IMG/VR virus record: IMGVR_UViG_2523533505_000001
Coordinates: 1 to 64,000 of that record
Origin: an uncultured virus (IMG/VR IMGVR_UViG_2523533505_000001)
Lineage: Duplodnaviria > Heunggongvirae > Uroviricota > Caudoviricetes
Direction: 5' to 3' (one strand)
Length of the DNA stretch: 64,000 nucleotides
The position numbers were made by a program, and so were the translations under genes. Below the pieces are notes generated by a model that worked only from the letters and a program-made list of their open reading frames with translations, made no database searches and was not told the origin of the DNA. Shown piece after piece: positions 27,834 through 37,272 of the stretch. The stretch's first letter is position 1, and every line of letters starts with the position of its first letter.

Positions 27834-28255
27834 CGCTCGCCTTCCGTCCAGCCGTAGCCCTCGGCGAGAAGTTGAACCACCGGGCAGGTGTCGGCGTGGC
27901 CGAACTGAGTCCACTCGTCCAGGTAGTCCGTCTCATCTTTGGCAGGGCAGGAGTGCATGCGGCCCGCGTGCAGTTCCAGCAGATTCCGGTCGGCGGCGCA
28001 GCGGCGCAGGGCCGACGCCGGATCGTTCATCGTGATGTGGTTGGCCTCGTCGGACCACGTGAACTTGACCCGCAGCGTGCCTGTGTCGTCGCCGTCCCGG
28101 ATCTCACCGCCAGCCGTCAGAACCCAACGGGCCGGGGTCGCGCCCTTGCTGAGCGAGATGCGCGCCTTCACATCCAGGGTCTTGAGGGCCGCAGTCTCGC
28201 GCGCGGTGATGGCGTTGCTCAGCCAGGCGAGGACATCCTCGCCCTGGGCGGTCAC
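27830..28255 (-). CDS. DUF6221-like protein
   Basis: HITMNDPASALRRCAADRNLLELH...CPVVQLLAEGYG. Confidence 0.75.
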   Translation of the reverse strand: MTAQGEDVLAWLSNAITARETAALKTLDVKARISLSKGATPARWVLTAGGEIRDGDDTGTLRVKFTWSDEANHITMNDPASALRRCAADRNLLELHAGRMHSCPAKDETDYLDEWTQFGHADTCPVVQLLAEGYGWTEGER

Positions 28256-28577
28256 GCGACTGAGCGGGTAGTGGGGACAGTGGCCGAAACGCTCGACACC
28301 GGTGTGATCGTCACGGCGGAGATTCGGGTCTCACTGTCTGATCCGGGGAACCCCCGGGTACGCTTGGCCATGTCGGCACCTTCGTCGGAGTTGTGTGTCG
28401 GCCCGGCCCCGTACCCGGTGTTACCAGCACCAGGACCACTGCGGGGCCGTTCCATTGTCTTGTAGGCCAGCACCCCACCTGAGTGGTCGTCTGGCGCAGG
28501 CCCCAGCCTACCGTTTGAGCCGGTCATCTGTCCCGTGCCTCCCAACTCGTGTCGTTCGTACGACTGATCACACCGCT

Positions 28578-29006
28578 TCAGTGCTCCCGCTCGAGACGGC
28601 CGTCCGCCGGATGCACCGACGCCGCCCGCTCGACAACCCGCAGGGCCCGGCCCGTTGTCCCCGCCATCGCATGGAACCCGGCCCCCTCGAACTCGGCCCG
28701 CAGCTTCGCCAACGCCGCCGGATCCGCCCGGGAGGCGAAGTACAAGCCGGCCGCCCGCCACGTCACCGCGCACGCCCGCTCCCACACCGCCTGCACCAAC
28801 TCCGGATCCCCCTCCGGGAACAGATCCCGAGGCAGACGGTCCACACGCCCCGCAGTGTCGAGCTCGGCGCCGGCCATCAGACCCGCGATGTACTGCGCGG
28901 TCGACACATGCCGCCCCGCGAGCACCAGGTCCGCCTGCCCCACGTCGACCGCGGACTCCTGGGCGGAGAACGGGGCGGGGGTGGGGGTGGCCGTGGTGTC
29001 GGTCAT
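28578..29006 (-). CDS. hypothetical protein
   Basis: AAGGAG RBS; ATGA coupling. Confidence 0.65.
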   Translation of the reverse strand: MTDTTATPTPAPFSAQESAVDVGQADLVLAGRHVSTAQYIAGLMAGAELDTAGRVDRLPRDLFPEGDPELVQAVWERACAVTWRAAGLYFASRADPAALAKLRAEFEGAGFHAMAGTTGRALRVVERAASVHPADGRLEREH

Positions 29007-29161
29007 CTGGACTCCTTGGTGGGTGGGGCGTCGTGGCAGATACAGGGGCAGTCGGTCTCGCCGTCCTCGCAGCAGGCGATCCAGACCAGGGACACGGAGT
29101 GCCCGCAGGGCCTCACAGGTCGCGGCGGATCCGGGTCCAGGCCGGGCCCGTCCTGGTTCAC
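29003..29161 (-). CDS. small Cys-rich protein
   Basis: Coupled at both ends; CGH...CC...CPCICH. Confidence 0.5.
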   Translation of the reverse strand: MNQDGPGLDPDPPRPVRPCGHSVSLVWIACCEDGETDCPCICHDAPPTKESR

Positions 29162-29970
29162 GCGACGGCCCCCAGACGCACGGTGGACGGGTACAGAGCG
29201 ACAATCGACCGCGCGGGCGGCGCGGGCTCGAGGACGTCGTCCAGCGACAGCTGCCCGGTCCCCTCCCAGAACGCGGCCTCGGCGCGCGCCCGCGAACTCC
29301 CCCGAGCGGCACGCCCGCGGATACGGGGCGGCGGCGGGGGCACCGCGGGCACCGTGCCGTCGTCGTCGACCACCATGGTCGCGTCGAGCAGACCCCGCTC
29401 CACGGCCGCCCGCAGCAGATCCCGCCGGGTCGCGTGCGCCCGGTCCAGACTGAACTGGGTCACCATCCGCGAGCGCTGCCAAGACGCGGTCCGCAAGTCC
29501 ACCCCGGCCGCCCGCGCCACGTCCCACGGATCTGTGTGCACGGCGAGCGCCTGGAGGACATCCTGCTTCTGATCGGTCCGCAGGTGCTCGGTCGGGGCTG
29601 CGGCCGCCACCTCGTGCCGGTGGTCGATGAACGCCCGGTGCCGCTCCAACGCAGTACGGCCACCCCACACTCCCCGAGGCTCCGCCAACCGCGCCGTCTC
29701 ACCCTTCCCGACCACACTGGACGCGTACGCGTCGCACAACTCCCGCACCGGACAGACCCCGCACACCCTTTTCGCGGCCTCCTCCCGGGCCCGCCGCGCC
29801 TTCCCGCCCTCACCACCGTCCACGTCCGGCTCGTGCCACGCATCCAGCGACAGCTCCAAGTCCCCAGCCGCCCGGCGCGGGTTGTCCGGATCCGGGGCAC
29901 ACCCCCGGTACCGGTAGAACGGATGCTCAGTCCACGCCTGGTAGGCGGCCTGCGGATCGGTCCCGGTCAT
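29158..29970 (-). CDS. WhiB-family regulator with C-terminal extension
   Basis: YRGC...AKRVCGVCPVRELC...GVWGGRTALER. Confidence 0.9.
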   Translation of the reverse strand: MTGTDPQAAYQAWTEHPFYRYRGCAPDPDNPRRAAGDLELSLDAWHEPDVDGGEGGKARRAREEAAKRVCGVCPVRELCDAYASSVVGKGETARLAEPRGVWGGRTALERHRAFIDHRHEVAAAAPTEHLRTDQKQDVLQALAVHTDPWDVARAAGVDLRTASWQRSRMVTQFSLDRAHATRRDLLRAAVERGLLDATMVVDDDGTVPAVPPPPPRIRGRAARGSSRARAEAAFWEGTGQLSLDDVLEPAPPARSIVALYPSTVRLGAVA

Positions 29971-30278
29971 TCTGGACCCCCTTCACAATCATCAAAGTCC
30001 CCACCGAACGGGCGGGCTTGGTGGGTGGCGAGCGCCTCGTCGAGCACCAGATCGGCCTCGTCGAGAACTCCGTGCACGGCGCCCTGCCGGGCGACCAGCA
30101 CACTGACCCGGGTACGGAAGGCGTCCAGGTCACGGTGAAGACACCCGGCTGTTAGCCGGGCCGCGGCACGCTCACGAGCGAGCGTCCGCTGCAGCGCGCG
30201 CCGCCGGTGATACTCGGCAGCCGCACATGCAAGGCCGGCGGCGAGGGCCACGGCCAGAGGAACGTTCACGACCTTCAC
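29967..30278 (-). CDS. hypothetical protein with N-terminal TM
   Basis: GGAGG near start; ATGA coupling. Confidence 0.6.
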   Translation of the reverse strand: MKVVNVPLAVALAAGLACAAAEYHRRRALQRTLARERAAARLTAGCLHRDLDAFRTRVSVLVARQGAVHGVLDEADLVLDEALATHQARPFGGDFDDCEGGPE

Positions 30279-30352
30279 CTCCGGAAGGCAACACAGAGAG
30301 CAGGGAGACGGGGAGACAGCCCGGGACGCCCCAGGCGGCCAGCAGGGCTGGG

Positions 30353-30544
30353 TCAGGGGCGGGTCAGCGAGTTGATCTCACTCGCCCGCTCCACCGCCCG
30401 ACGCCCCACCTCATCCGAGGACTCCTCGACGGGCTGGAAGGAAGAGGGATGCCGCTTCTCCCACCACGCGAACACCGCGCACCCGAGACCGGACAGCACC
30501 AGCACGGCGGGGATCAGCAGCCGCAACACATCGGCCTGAGACAT
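30353..30544 (-). CDS. small membrane protein
   Basis: AAAGG RBS; LLIPAVLVLSGLGCAVFAWW. Confidence 0.6.
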   Translation of the reverse strand: MSQADVLRLLIPAVLVLSGLGCAVFAWWEKRHPSSFQPVEESSDEVGRRAVERASEINSLTRP

Positions 30545-30611
30545 GACGAAACCTTTCGACGAGAGACACAGAGACGAACCAGACGAGACGACGGACGACG
30601 ACAGGGGACGG

Positions 30612-30806
30612 TCACCAGGGACGGCGGGCCCGCCAGTAACGGCGCTCCGCCAGATCCCCCAGCAACTCCCGCCCCAGGAACACCGCGCAGGCGCCCCCGG
30701 CAGCCGCCCACCACCACTCGCCACGCACCGCACACCCCACCGCCGACACGGCACACAGCACGAGCAGAAACACACCGAACGCGATCGACGCACGACTGGG
30801 CGGCAT
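30612..30806 (-). CDS. small two-TM protein
   Basis: AAGGA RBS; two hydrophobic segments. Confidence 0.6.
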   Translation of the reverse strand: MPPSRASIAFGVFLLVLCAVSAVGCAVRGEWWWAAAGGACAVFLGRELLGDLAERRYWRARRPW

Positions 30807-30908
30807 GAACAGTCCTTCCAGGAGCAGGGGGAACAGGCACGCGCGCGAGGGCCGGACAAACCGGTCCCTGCGCGCGCGTCGGTGGGGCGACGTGACGTGG
30901 GGGTGAGA

Positions 30909-31979
30909 TCAGGCGGCGGAGCTGATGTCGTTCGCCGTGTGCATTGAGAGGCCGAAGGCGGTGGCGGCGACGTGCTGGGCCAGGAGGGGCGGTACGGCGT
31001 TGCCGATCTGTTCGAACTGCTTGGTCCGACTGCCCTGCCACGGGTGGTCGTGGGGGAAGGACTGGAGGACGGCCGCGTCCTGGACGGAGAGGCGGATGGT
31101 GTCGCGGCGTCCGCCGCGGTAGGCGGGCAGGTCTTCGGCGGGGACGATGCGGGTGCAGTTGATCCAGCGGCCCGCGTCCCGTTCTCCGTAGAGGGTGGCG
31201 CGGGCGCCGGATCCGCCGACGCAGGAGGGGTCGGGTCCACCGGCTGCGGTGCCGACTGCGATGGTGAGGGCGGGGCGGGCGGTCATTCCCCAGCCGATGG
31301 CTTGGGCCATCGTCACCCAGGGCAGGAGCCCCAACTCGCCTTGCCCTTGTGGGGTGTCCTTGCGGTAGCGCTGGTGCGTGGGCTCCGGCAGTCGTGCGTG
31401 GTCGTCCAGGGAGGCTACGAGGAACGCCCGTGTGCGGGTCTGCGGGACGCCGTATTGCTCGGCGGACAGGCGGCCGGTGGCGACGCTGTAGCCCTCCGCG
31501 CGTAGGATCTCGGCGAACGCCTCCCATACGGGCAGGACGGTCGGTACCTGCTCCAGCATCACCGTTCGGTACGGGCGGCCTTGATCCATCGCGTCTAGGG
31601 CCCAGCGCAGCGGTTCCAGTACGAGGCCAGTCCTTTCGTCGTCGAAGTCCTTCAGGGCCAGTGCGATGCTCTGCCGGGACGCCAGCATCTGAGCCAGGTC
31701 CAGGACGGTGTCCAGGGCGGCCCGGCCCCGGCCCTTCCCGCCGACCGAGTACGGCTGGCAGGGGGGAGATCCACCGATGTCGGTGGCCTCGGGGAAGTCG
31801 GAGGGTTGGAAGTCCCTCACGTCGCCCTCTACCGTCGGCAGGCCTACCGCGCGGCGGGTCTCGCAGGCCGCGCGGTCCCGCTCAATGCCGATCACGTCGA
31901 GCCCGAGGCGGGTGGCTCCGAGGTCCCAGCCGCCCGGGCCGGCGAACAGGTCGACGATGACGCGGTCGCCCGCCGTCAT
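30909..31979 (-). CDS. C5-cytosine DNA methyltransferase
   Basis: DLFAGPGG, SPPCQPYS, EQV, YGVPQTRTR, IGNAVPP. Confidence 0.95.
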   Translation of the reverse strand: MTAGDRVIVDLFAGPGGWDLGATRLGLDVIGIERDRAACETRRAVGLPTVEGDVRDFQPSDFPEATDIGGSPPCQPYSVGGKGRGRAALDTVLDLAQMLASRQSIALALKDFDDERTGLVLEPLRWALDAMDQGRPYRTVMLEQVPTVLPVWEAFAEILRAEGYSVATGRLSAEQYGVPQTRTRAFLVASLDDHARLPEPTHQRYRKDTPQGQGELGLLPWVTMAQAIGWGMTARPALTIAVGTAAGGPDPSCVGGSGARATLYGERDAGRWINCTRIVPAEDLPAYRGGRRDTIRLSVQDAAVLQSFPHDHPWQGSRTKQFEQIGNAVPPLLAQHVAATAFGLSMHTANDISSAA

Positions 31980-33511
31980 GCCGCCACCCGCCACTCCCGG
32001 ACGCGGACTCCGCTGGCCGTGGCCACGATGTGCGCGGCCAGCAGAGGCGGGACAGCGTTTCCGACCTGCTCGAACTGCTTGGTCCTCGTGCCCTGCCACG
32101 GGTATAGAGCGGGGAAGGACTGGAGAACGGACGCCTCCTGCACCGTGATTCGCACCGTGTCGGGGCCGGAGAACTGCGACTCGCCCTTCGGTGAGCGGTC
32201 GCGGTGGCCCGGGGCCGCGATCCGGTTCGTCGCGCACACCGTGGTGGCCGGACGCTCCTGCACCCATTCGACACGCGCGGAGTTATTCCCGAACGCCATG
32301 GTGGGCGCCGGTTCATCCGTTGTCCGTATCGCCGCGTTCGGCTGATTTCCGTTCCGGAGTACCCACGACACGTCGTTACAACGGGCACCGAAGAACAGCG
32401 TCCCGGCCGGCTCGTCCAGGTTCCGGACGGCGGCGTTCTGCTGGGTCCCGTTGCGCAGCACCCACTGGCCGCCTGATTTGCTGGTCAGTGCGGGTGCGGG
32501 TGCGGGTGCGGGTGCGGTGTGCGGGTCTGCCGTCTGCCTGCTTCCGTCTGGCCGCTGGTCCCGGTTGGTGTGCAGGATCCACGACCGGGCCTTCTCCGTC
32601 AGCGCCCACGAGGGCGAGTCGACGGGGAAGTTGTTCCCCCCGGGTGTCTTTCGGTCGCCGCGCGTGTTCACGACGTCCCGGCCGTCCAGGCCAAGCGCGT
32701 GGGCCATCGTCACCCACGGCTCGCGCGGGTCCTCGAACAGCCCCTCGCCTCCGCCCGCGTGCTTGGCGTGCGTTGCGGTCGGCGGTCCGACCTTACGGAC
32801 GGCGGACGCGATGAGGACCGCCCGTTCCCGGGTCTGGGGTACGCCGTAGTCGGCGGCGTTCAGCTTGCCCGTCCACACGTGCCAGCCGAAGCGGCGCAGC
32901 TCCAGCGCGTACACCTGCCACAGCGGCAGCACTGAGGGAACCTGCTCGAACGCCGCCCACTCCAACCGGGCCCCGGCCGACGTGTCGCCTGCGATCAGGG
33001 CGTGCAGGTATCGGGCGGGCTCCAGGACCAGCACGGTGAGGAACGTGTCCTGTCGCGCGGCTTGTTCCACCCGGGTCTCGGCCCACCGTTTGTCCTCGGC
33101 CCGCTTCTCGTTTTTCTCCTGCTGCTCGGCGAGCGCGATCGGATAGATCCGGTCCCGGAGTTCCTGGCGGCAGTCGTCGCCGCGCATCATCCGCTGGACG
33201 CCCTTCGCGAGGAGCTTCATGACCCGGTTGCCGAACCCGTCACCGGCGGCGGAGAACTTCGTGCACGGCGGGGACGCGATCAGCCCCCACACCCGGCCGA
33301 TGACCGGGCCCAGCACGAAGCACGACACGTCCACACGGATCGTCAGGTGCCCGGCGGCAGACCGGGTCCGGCACGCGGCCTCATCCCATTCCAAGCCCAC
33401 ATCGTGCAGGCCCAGGGCTCGGCGTATGCCCTCCGACCATCCGCCCGGCCCGGCGAACAGGTCGAGGACGATCCCTTTCTGCGGCGGCTGCCACGCCGTG
33501 ACGGCGGCCAT
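31976..33511 (-). CDS. C5-cytosine DNA methyltransferase with expanded variable region
   Basis: DLFAGPGG, SPPCTKFS, EQV, YGVPQTRER, VGNAVPP. Confidence 0.95.
   Translation of the reverse strand: MAAVTAWQPPQKGIVLDLFAGPGGWSEGIRRALGLHDVGLEWDEAACRTRSAAGHLTIRVDVSCFVLGPVIGRVWGLIASPPCTKFSAAGDGFGNRVMKLLAKGVQRMMRGDDCRQELRDRIYPIALAEQQEKNEKRAEDKRWAETRVEQAARQDTFLTVLVLEPARYLHALIAGDTSAGARLEWAAFEQVPSVLPLWQVYALELRRFGWHVWTGKLNAADYGVPQTRERAVLIASAVRKVGPPTATHAKHAGGGEGLFEDPREPWVTMAHALGLDGRDVVNTRGDRKTPGGNNFPVDSPSWALTEKARSWILHTNRDQRPDGSRQTADPHTAPAPAPAPALTSKSGGQWVLRNGTQQNAAVRNLDEPAGTLFFGARCNDVSWVLRNGNQPNAAIRTTDEPAPTMAFGNNSARVEWVQERPATTVCATNRIAAPGHRDRSPKGESQFSGPDTVRITVQEASVLQSFPALYPWQGTRTKQFEQVGNAVPPLLAAHIVATASGVRVREWRVAA
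32488..32517. repeat. (GTGCGG)5 in-frame tandem repeat
   Basis: Five exact copies; encodes APAPAPAP in the methyltransferase. Confidence 0.9.
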
Positions 33512-34512
33512 CAGGCGGCGTTCCCTTCGCTCGTGCCGCCCGGGGCGGCCTTACGCTCGCCACCGATCCGGGCGATGAGGCCGCCCAGAGTGGTCTGCTC
33601 TCCGGTGTCCGGGGCGAACAGAGCCGCGCCGAGCAGGCCCCGCTGGGACAGCTCTCCCCGGTACAGGGCGAGCAACTGCTCGTACGTCACCTCCGGGTTC
33701 ATGGCCAGGTTCACGTAGTCCTGCACGGTGGGCATCGGCGTGCCCTGACTCAGCCATGTGACGATCTTGTTTCCGGTCTCGGTGTTCGGGAGCTCGATGC
33801 GCTCACCCGACTCGAACAGTCCCGGGTACGAGCACTTCGACACGGTCATCGTGTGGTCCATGTCCAGGTCCCCGACGAAGTCGAACTCGTACTCCGCGTC
33901 GGCCCGCTGGTCCGGCTTCAGACCGATCTTCTTCGGCTCCGTCTGACCGTTCTTGTTCGTCACCAGCTCGTACGCGGTCTTCACCCTCAGCGTCATGATG
34001 ACGTGCCCGGGGTAGGCCATGACCGCGTCCCACATCTCGTGCTCCACCGGCTTGATGGACTTCCAGCCGGACGTGAACGCGTTCTTCGACCGGGAGTCGT
34101 TCGTCGTGCGGTCGACCTGCTCCAGGACGCCGCCCCGGCCGGACCAGTAGTGCGTCCCCGAGTCGATGACCATGACGTCGATACCGCGCCGCGCCCCCAC
34201 GGCCAGGGCGCGGACGAGGGTCTGCGGACGGAAGTCCGGCATCCGTAGATGCTTGAAAGGGAACAGGCCGGCGTAGTGGCTGGCCCGGCCGCGTTCGGTG
34301 TCGCAGACTCCAATGGTCGTGCCCATACCGGTGGCCATCGCCAGCGCGGTGTAGGTCTTTCCGGAATTGGCGGGCCCGGTGAGTGCGATGAAGGCGTTGG
34401 TCGCGGGGCGTGTCGCGTCCACGAAGTCCAGCCCCCCATCGGCCTGATTTTGGGTGTGCGAGGTCTGGCCCTCCGCGGTCGTGCTCGCGGGGGCCTCGGT
34501 GGCGTGCGCCAT
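33511..34512 (-). CDS. AAA_24 / Sak4-like phage ATPase
   Basis: LTGPANSGKTYTAL, DTERG, VIDSGTHYW, EYEFD. Confidence 0.85.
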   Translation of the reverse strand: MAHATEAPASTTAEGQTSHTQNQADGGLDFVDATRPATNAFIALTGPANSGKTYTALAMATGMGTTIGVCDTERGRASHYAGLFPFKHLRMPDFRPQTLVRALAVGARRGIDVMVIDSGTHYWSGRGGVLEQVDRTTNDSRSKNAFTSGWKSIKPVEHEMWDAVMAYPGHVIMTLRVKTAYELVTNKNGQTEPKKIGLKPDQRADAEYEFDFVGDLDMDHTMTVSKCSYPGLFESGERIELPNTETGNKIVTWLSQGTPMPTVQDYVNLAMNPEVTYEQLLALYRGELSQRGLLGAALFAPDTGEQTTLGGLIARIGGERKAAPGGTSEGNAA

Positions 34513-34595
34513 GAGGTCTCTTTCCCTATGGGGTTGTGCGGCGGGTGCGGGGCCGGCCGGTGTCGGCGTCCGGGGCGGTGCCCGCACCCGGCGTG

Positions 34596-35183
34596 CTACT
34601 GGAGCTGGAGGAGGTCCTCTTCGCCGTACTCGGAGAAGAGGTAGGCCATCGCGACGCGGGAGGCGCTGACCGGGTGGCCGAGTTCCTCCGACTTCGCGGC
34701 GGCGGCCTCTTCGACCTGCTCGCGGAGGGTGTTGTCGGGGCGGACGTTCAGGTTGGCCTTCTCCGGCGCGGAGCCGCGGGGGGCCCGGGCCAGGGGGGCG
34801 GGGACGAAGTCGCCGGCGAGGAACTTGCGGTAGCCCTCGTTGACGACGTCGGCGAGGGACTCGCCGCGGTCCCTGGCGGCCTGCTCGATGCGTTCCTTGG
34901 CTGCCTTGTCCATCCACAGGCCGAGGTTGCGGTTGCCGCTGCTGAACGTGGCCGGCTTCAGCAGCTCCCAGCCCCGCGGTTGCATGACGGCGCGGACGGC
35001 CTCGGCGAGGTCGGTGTCGCCGCGTTCGGCGAGCCGGTCGGCGGCGACGGTGAGGCGGGCGCGGATCACGTCGGGGGTCAGGCGGGGGCTGCGGGCCACG
35101 AGGGGTCCTCTCGGCGGGCGCCGGCCGCCGTCGGGACGTGCGGGCGGGCGCGTGGGGGCGTTGACCACGCCAGTGTCCTCCAT
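34596..35183 (-). CDS. putative tandem ribbon-helix-helix repressor
   Basis: NLGLWMDKAAKERIEQAARDRGESLADVVNEGY and NLNVRPDNTLREQVEEAA...ASRVAMAYL; divergent from operator cluster; start uncertain. Confidence 0.6.
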   Translation of the reverse strand: MEDTGVVNAPTRPPARPDGGRRPPRGPLVARSPRLTPDVIRARLTVAADRLAERGDTDLAEAVRAVMQPRGWELLKPATFSSGNRNLGLWMDKAAKERIEQAARDRGESLADVVNEGYRKFLAGDFVPAPLARAPRGSAPEKANLNVRPDNTLREQVEEAAAAKSEELGHPVSASRVAMAYLFSEYGEEDLLQLQ

Positions 35184-35272
35184 CTCTTCGTACGGCTGCC
35201 ATGGGGTATGGCGGATTGCCGTGCGGGACCGGTGTGATCCGGCCTCACAACCACCAAGTTACTCCATACTTC

Positions 35273-35301
35273 TTGCGTACGCAATGGAGTATGGCTATAG
35301 T
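35273..35301 (+). promoter_or_regulatory. sigma70-type promoter with conserved spacer operator
   Basis: TTGCGT-17-TATAGT; spacer contains GCAATGGAGTATGG. Confidence 0.85.
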
Positions 35302-35335
35302 GGTGGCAACACCACAGCACACAGCGGGGGACACC

Positions 35336-35770
35336 ATGAAGCGCACCGCCACCCAGACCCGGACCCGGACCCTCGCCGACCTCTACCGCGCCATCGACCG
35401 CCACCACGCCGTCACCATCACCTACACCGACCGCGACGGCACCACGAAGGTCCGCACCATCGAGCCGTTCGAGATCAGCACCACCAAGGACGGCGGCATC
35501 CGCGTCCACGCCATGTGCCGCCTCGCCCACCTCGAGGACCCCACCGACGCCGAGCGCGCCTTCAACCTCGACCGGATCAGCGAATACACCGTCCACCGCA
35601 TCGCGTTCGTCCTCACCCGCCCCGAGCCCACCGTCTACGAGCGCCCCGCGCCCGCCCCGGCCGACAACGCCGATGCCCTGTTCCTCTACGAGCTGGCCCG
35701 CGACCCCGACGACGCCGACTACCGCCCCCGCATCAAGCTCGCCCAGGCCGACGCCGGCCTGGCCGCCTGA
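35336..35770 (+). CDS. stand-alone WYL domain protein
   Basis: AIDRHHAVTITYTDRDGTTKVRTIEP...AMCRL...RAFNLDRI. Confidence 0.85.
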   Translation: MKRTATQTRTRTLADLYRAIDRHHAVTITYTDRDGTTKVRTIEPFEISTTKDGGIRVHAMCRLAHLEDPTDAERAFNLDRISEYTVHRIAFVLTRPEPTVYERPAPAPADNADALFLYELARDPDDADYRPRIKLAQADAGLAA

Positions 35771-35786
35771 CCGAACGGAGCCCCCG

Positions 35787-36128
35787 ATGCTCGGCATCAT
35801 CGCCGTCGCGAGCGTTCTCGACATGCTCACCCCCGACGACGACGAGACCCCCGACGCCCTCTATGTGCGCGACGTCCTCGACCACAAGCGGACTTCCGCG
35901 CACTACGCCGAGCTCCTCGACGAGATCCGCCAGGACGGCATCGCCCTCCCCGTGATGATCCGCACCTACCGGGGCCAGCCCTGGCTCGTCGACGGGCACC
36001 ACCGCATAGCCGCAGCCATCGACCTCGGCATCAGCCACGTCATCTGGTCCGACCTCCCCGTGGAGTTGGAGGACCGCCCGTACAACCCGATGATGCGAGG
36101 CTGGGGCCCCTACCGGCCCGCCGCCTGA
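35787..36128 (+). CDS. small ParB/Srx N-terminal domain protein
   Basis: IRQDGIALPV...LVDGHHRIAAAIDLG. Confidence 0.8.
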   Translation: MLGIIAVASVLDMLTPDDDETPDALYVRDVLDHKRTSAHYAELLDEIRQDGIALPVMIRTYRGQPWLVDGHHRIAAAIDLGISHVIWSDLPVELEDRPYNPMMRGWGPYRPAA

Positions 36129-36142
36129 CCACCGGCACGACG

Positions 36143-36176
36143 AAGGCCACCACCCGCAACAGGGTTGGTGGCCTTT
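36143..36176. terminator. intrinsic terminator
   Basis: AAGGCCACCA...TGGTGGCCTTT. Confidence 0.7.
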
Positions 36177-36257
36177 GCATACTGGTTGCGCACGCGCAGC
36201 GTAGCGAATCAACTCGTCACGTCGCTACCGGTCTTCACGATCTCGGAGAATTTACGT

Positions 36258-36458
36258 ATGGCCAGCCGTCAGGAACCGCTTCTCGACCCGCCGCCCGGCC
36301 TGCGCCGGCGCCGCTGGTGCCGGGGACCGGGCTGCGGACGTGAACTGACCGACCAGGTCTCGCGGATGCGCGGCTACGGCCCCGAGTGCGACCCCGAGCC
36401 CCGCACCGGCCTCGGCCGCGAACACGTTGTCGATCAAGACCCCATCCCCGGCCTGTAG
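36258..36458 (+). CDS. DUF6011 Zn-finger protein
   Basis: C...CGRELTDQVSRMRGYGPEC. Confidence 0.8.
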   Translation: MASRQEPLLDPPPGLRRRRWCRGPGCGRELTDQVSRMRGYGPECDPEPRTGLGREHVVDQDPIPGL

Positions 36459-36472
36459 GAGGGACCACGCTC

Positions 36473-36994
36473 ATGCAGGACACCAGTACCCGGCTGGCCA
36501 GCATCGGCCTCGGCGGGCACCGCCTGGCAGGAGATCGGGATGCCGCGCGGTGCATCGACTGCGGAGTCAGCCTCTGGCGGCGCGTGAGCGCGAGCCATCA
36601 GGCCGGTGCCCGGGAATGGCTGGAGTGGCACGCTCCCGATGGGCGCGGCTGGTCCTCGTTTCCTGAGGAGGACGGCTGGGTGAGCTATCCGGACGGTCAG
36701 GCGCCTTCCTGTCCTCCGCAGCCCGTTGAGGCCCGGTGCCCGTGGGACGAGGGTGCGCGCCGCTACGGCCACGTGTGGGGGGATGTCCAGCTCGACACCG
36801 CGATGCGGACCTGGTGCGAGCGTCATCAGACGGCGGTGTCGGACTGCCCGGAGCCGGGGCCGGTCTGCCAGGGCGCGGAGGGCAACTGCATGTGGGAGGG
36901 ACGGTGCACCGGCCGAGAGGACACGTGCCGGTGCATGTGCCCGGTCTGCTGCGGCGACACCCCGGACATGTACGGCTTCGACGGCGACTACTGA
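36473..36994 (+). CDS. Cys/Trp-rich hypothetical protein
   Basis: AGGAGG RBS; many Cys. Confidence 0.65.
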   Translation: MQDTSTRLASIGLGGHRLAGDRDAARCIDCGVSLWRRVSASHQAGAREWLEWHAPDGRGWSSFPEEDGWVSYPDGQAPSCPPQPVEARCPWDEGARRYGHVWGDVQLDTAMRTWCERHQTAVSDCPEPGPVCQGAEGNCMWEGRCTGREDTCRCMCPVCCGDTPDMYGFDGDY

Positions 36995-37272
36995 GCCGGG
37001 CGGCGCTCTGTGTGCCAGGGGAACGTCTGGCGCGTGCGGCCGTAGGTTGTGTGTCACGCGCTCCGCCGGGCGTCTGGTGGGAGGGCGGGTCCCCCGTTCT
37101 CGCTCTCCCACCAGTACTTTTACGGAACCCCGGCCCACCACCCACCAAGAGCGGCATCGCGCGCAAGACCCCGCACTTCCCCACGCGCAGAACCCACGGC
37201 GCACCTTGGAGGAGGGGAGCCCGAGGTTCCGTAAACACTTGCCTGATGGGAAGATCCGGGCACCATAGGGGC

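Noticed and set aside
30909..33511. Restriction-modification system
   Set aside because: No recognisable cognate endonuclease nearby; orphan phage methyltransferases are more likely.
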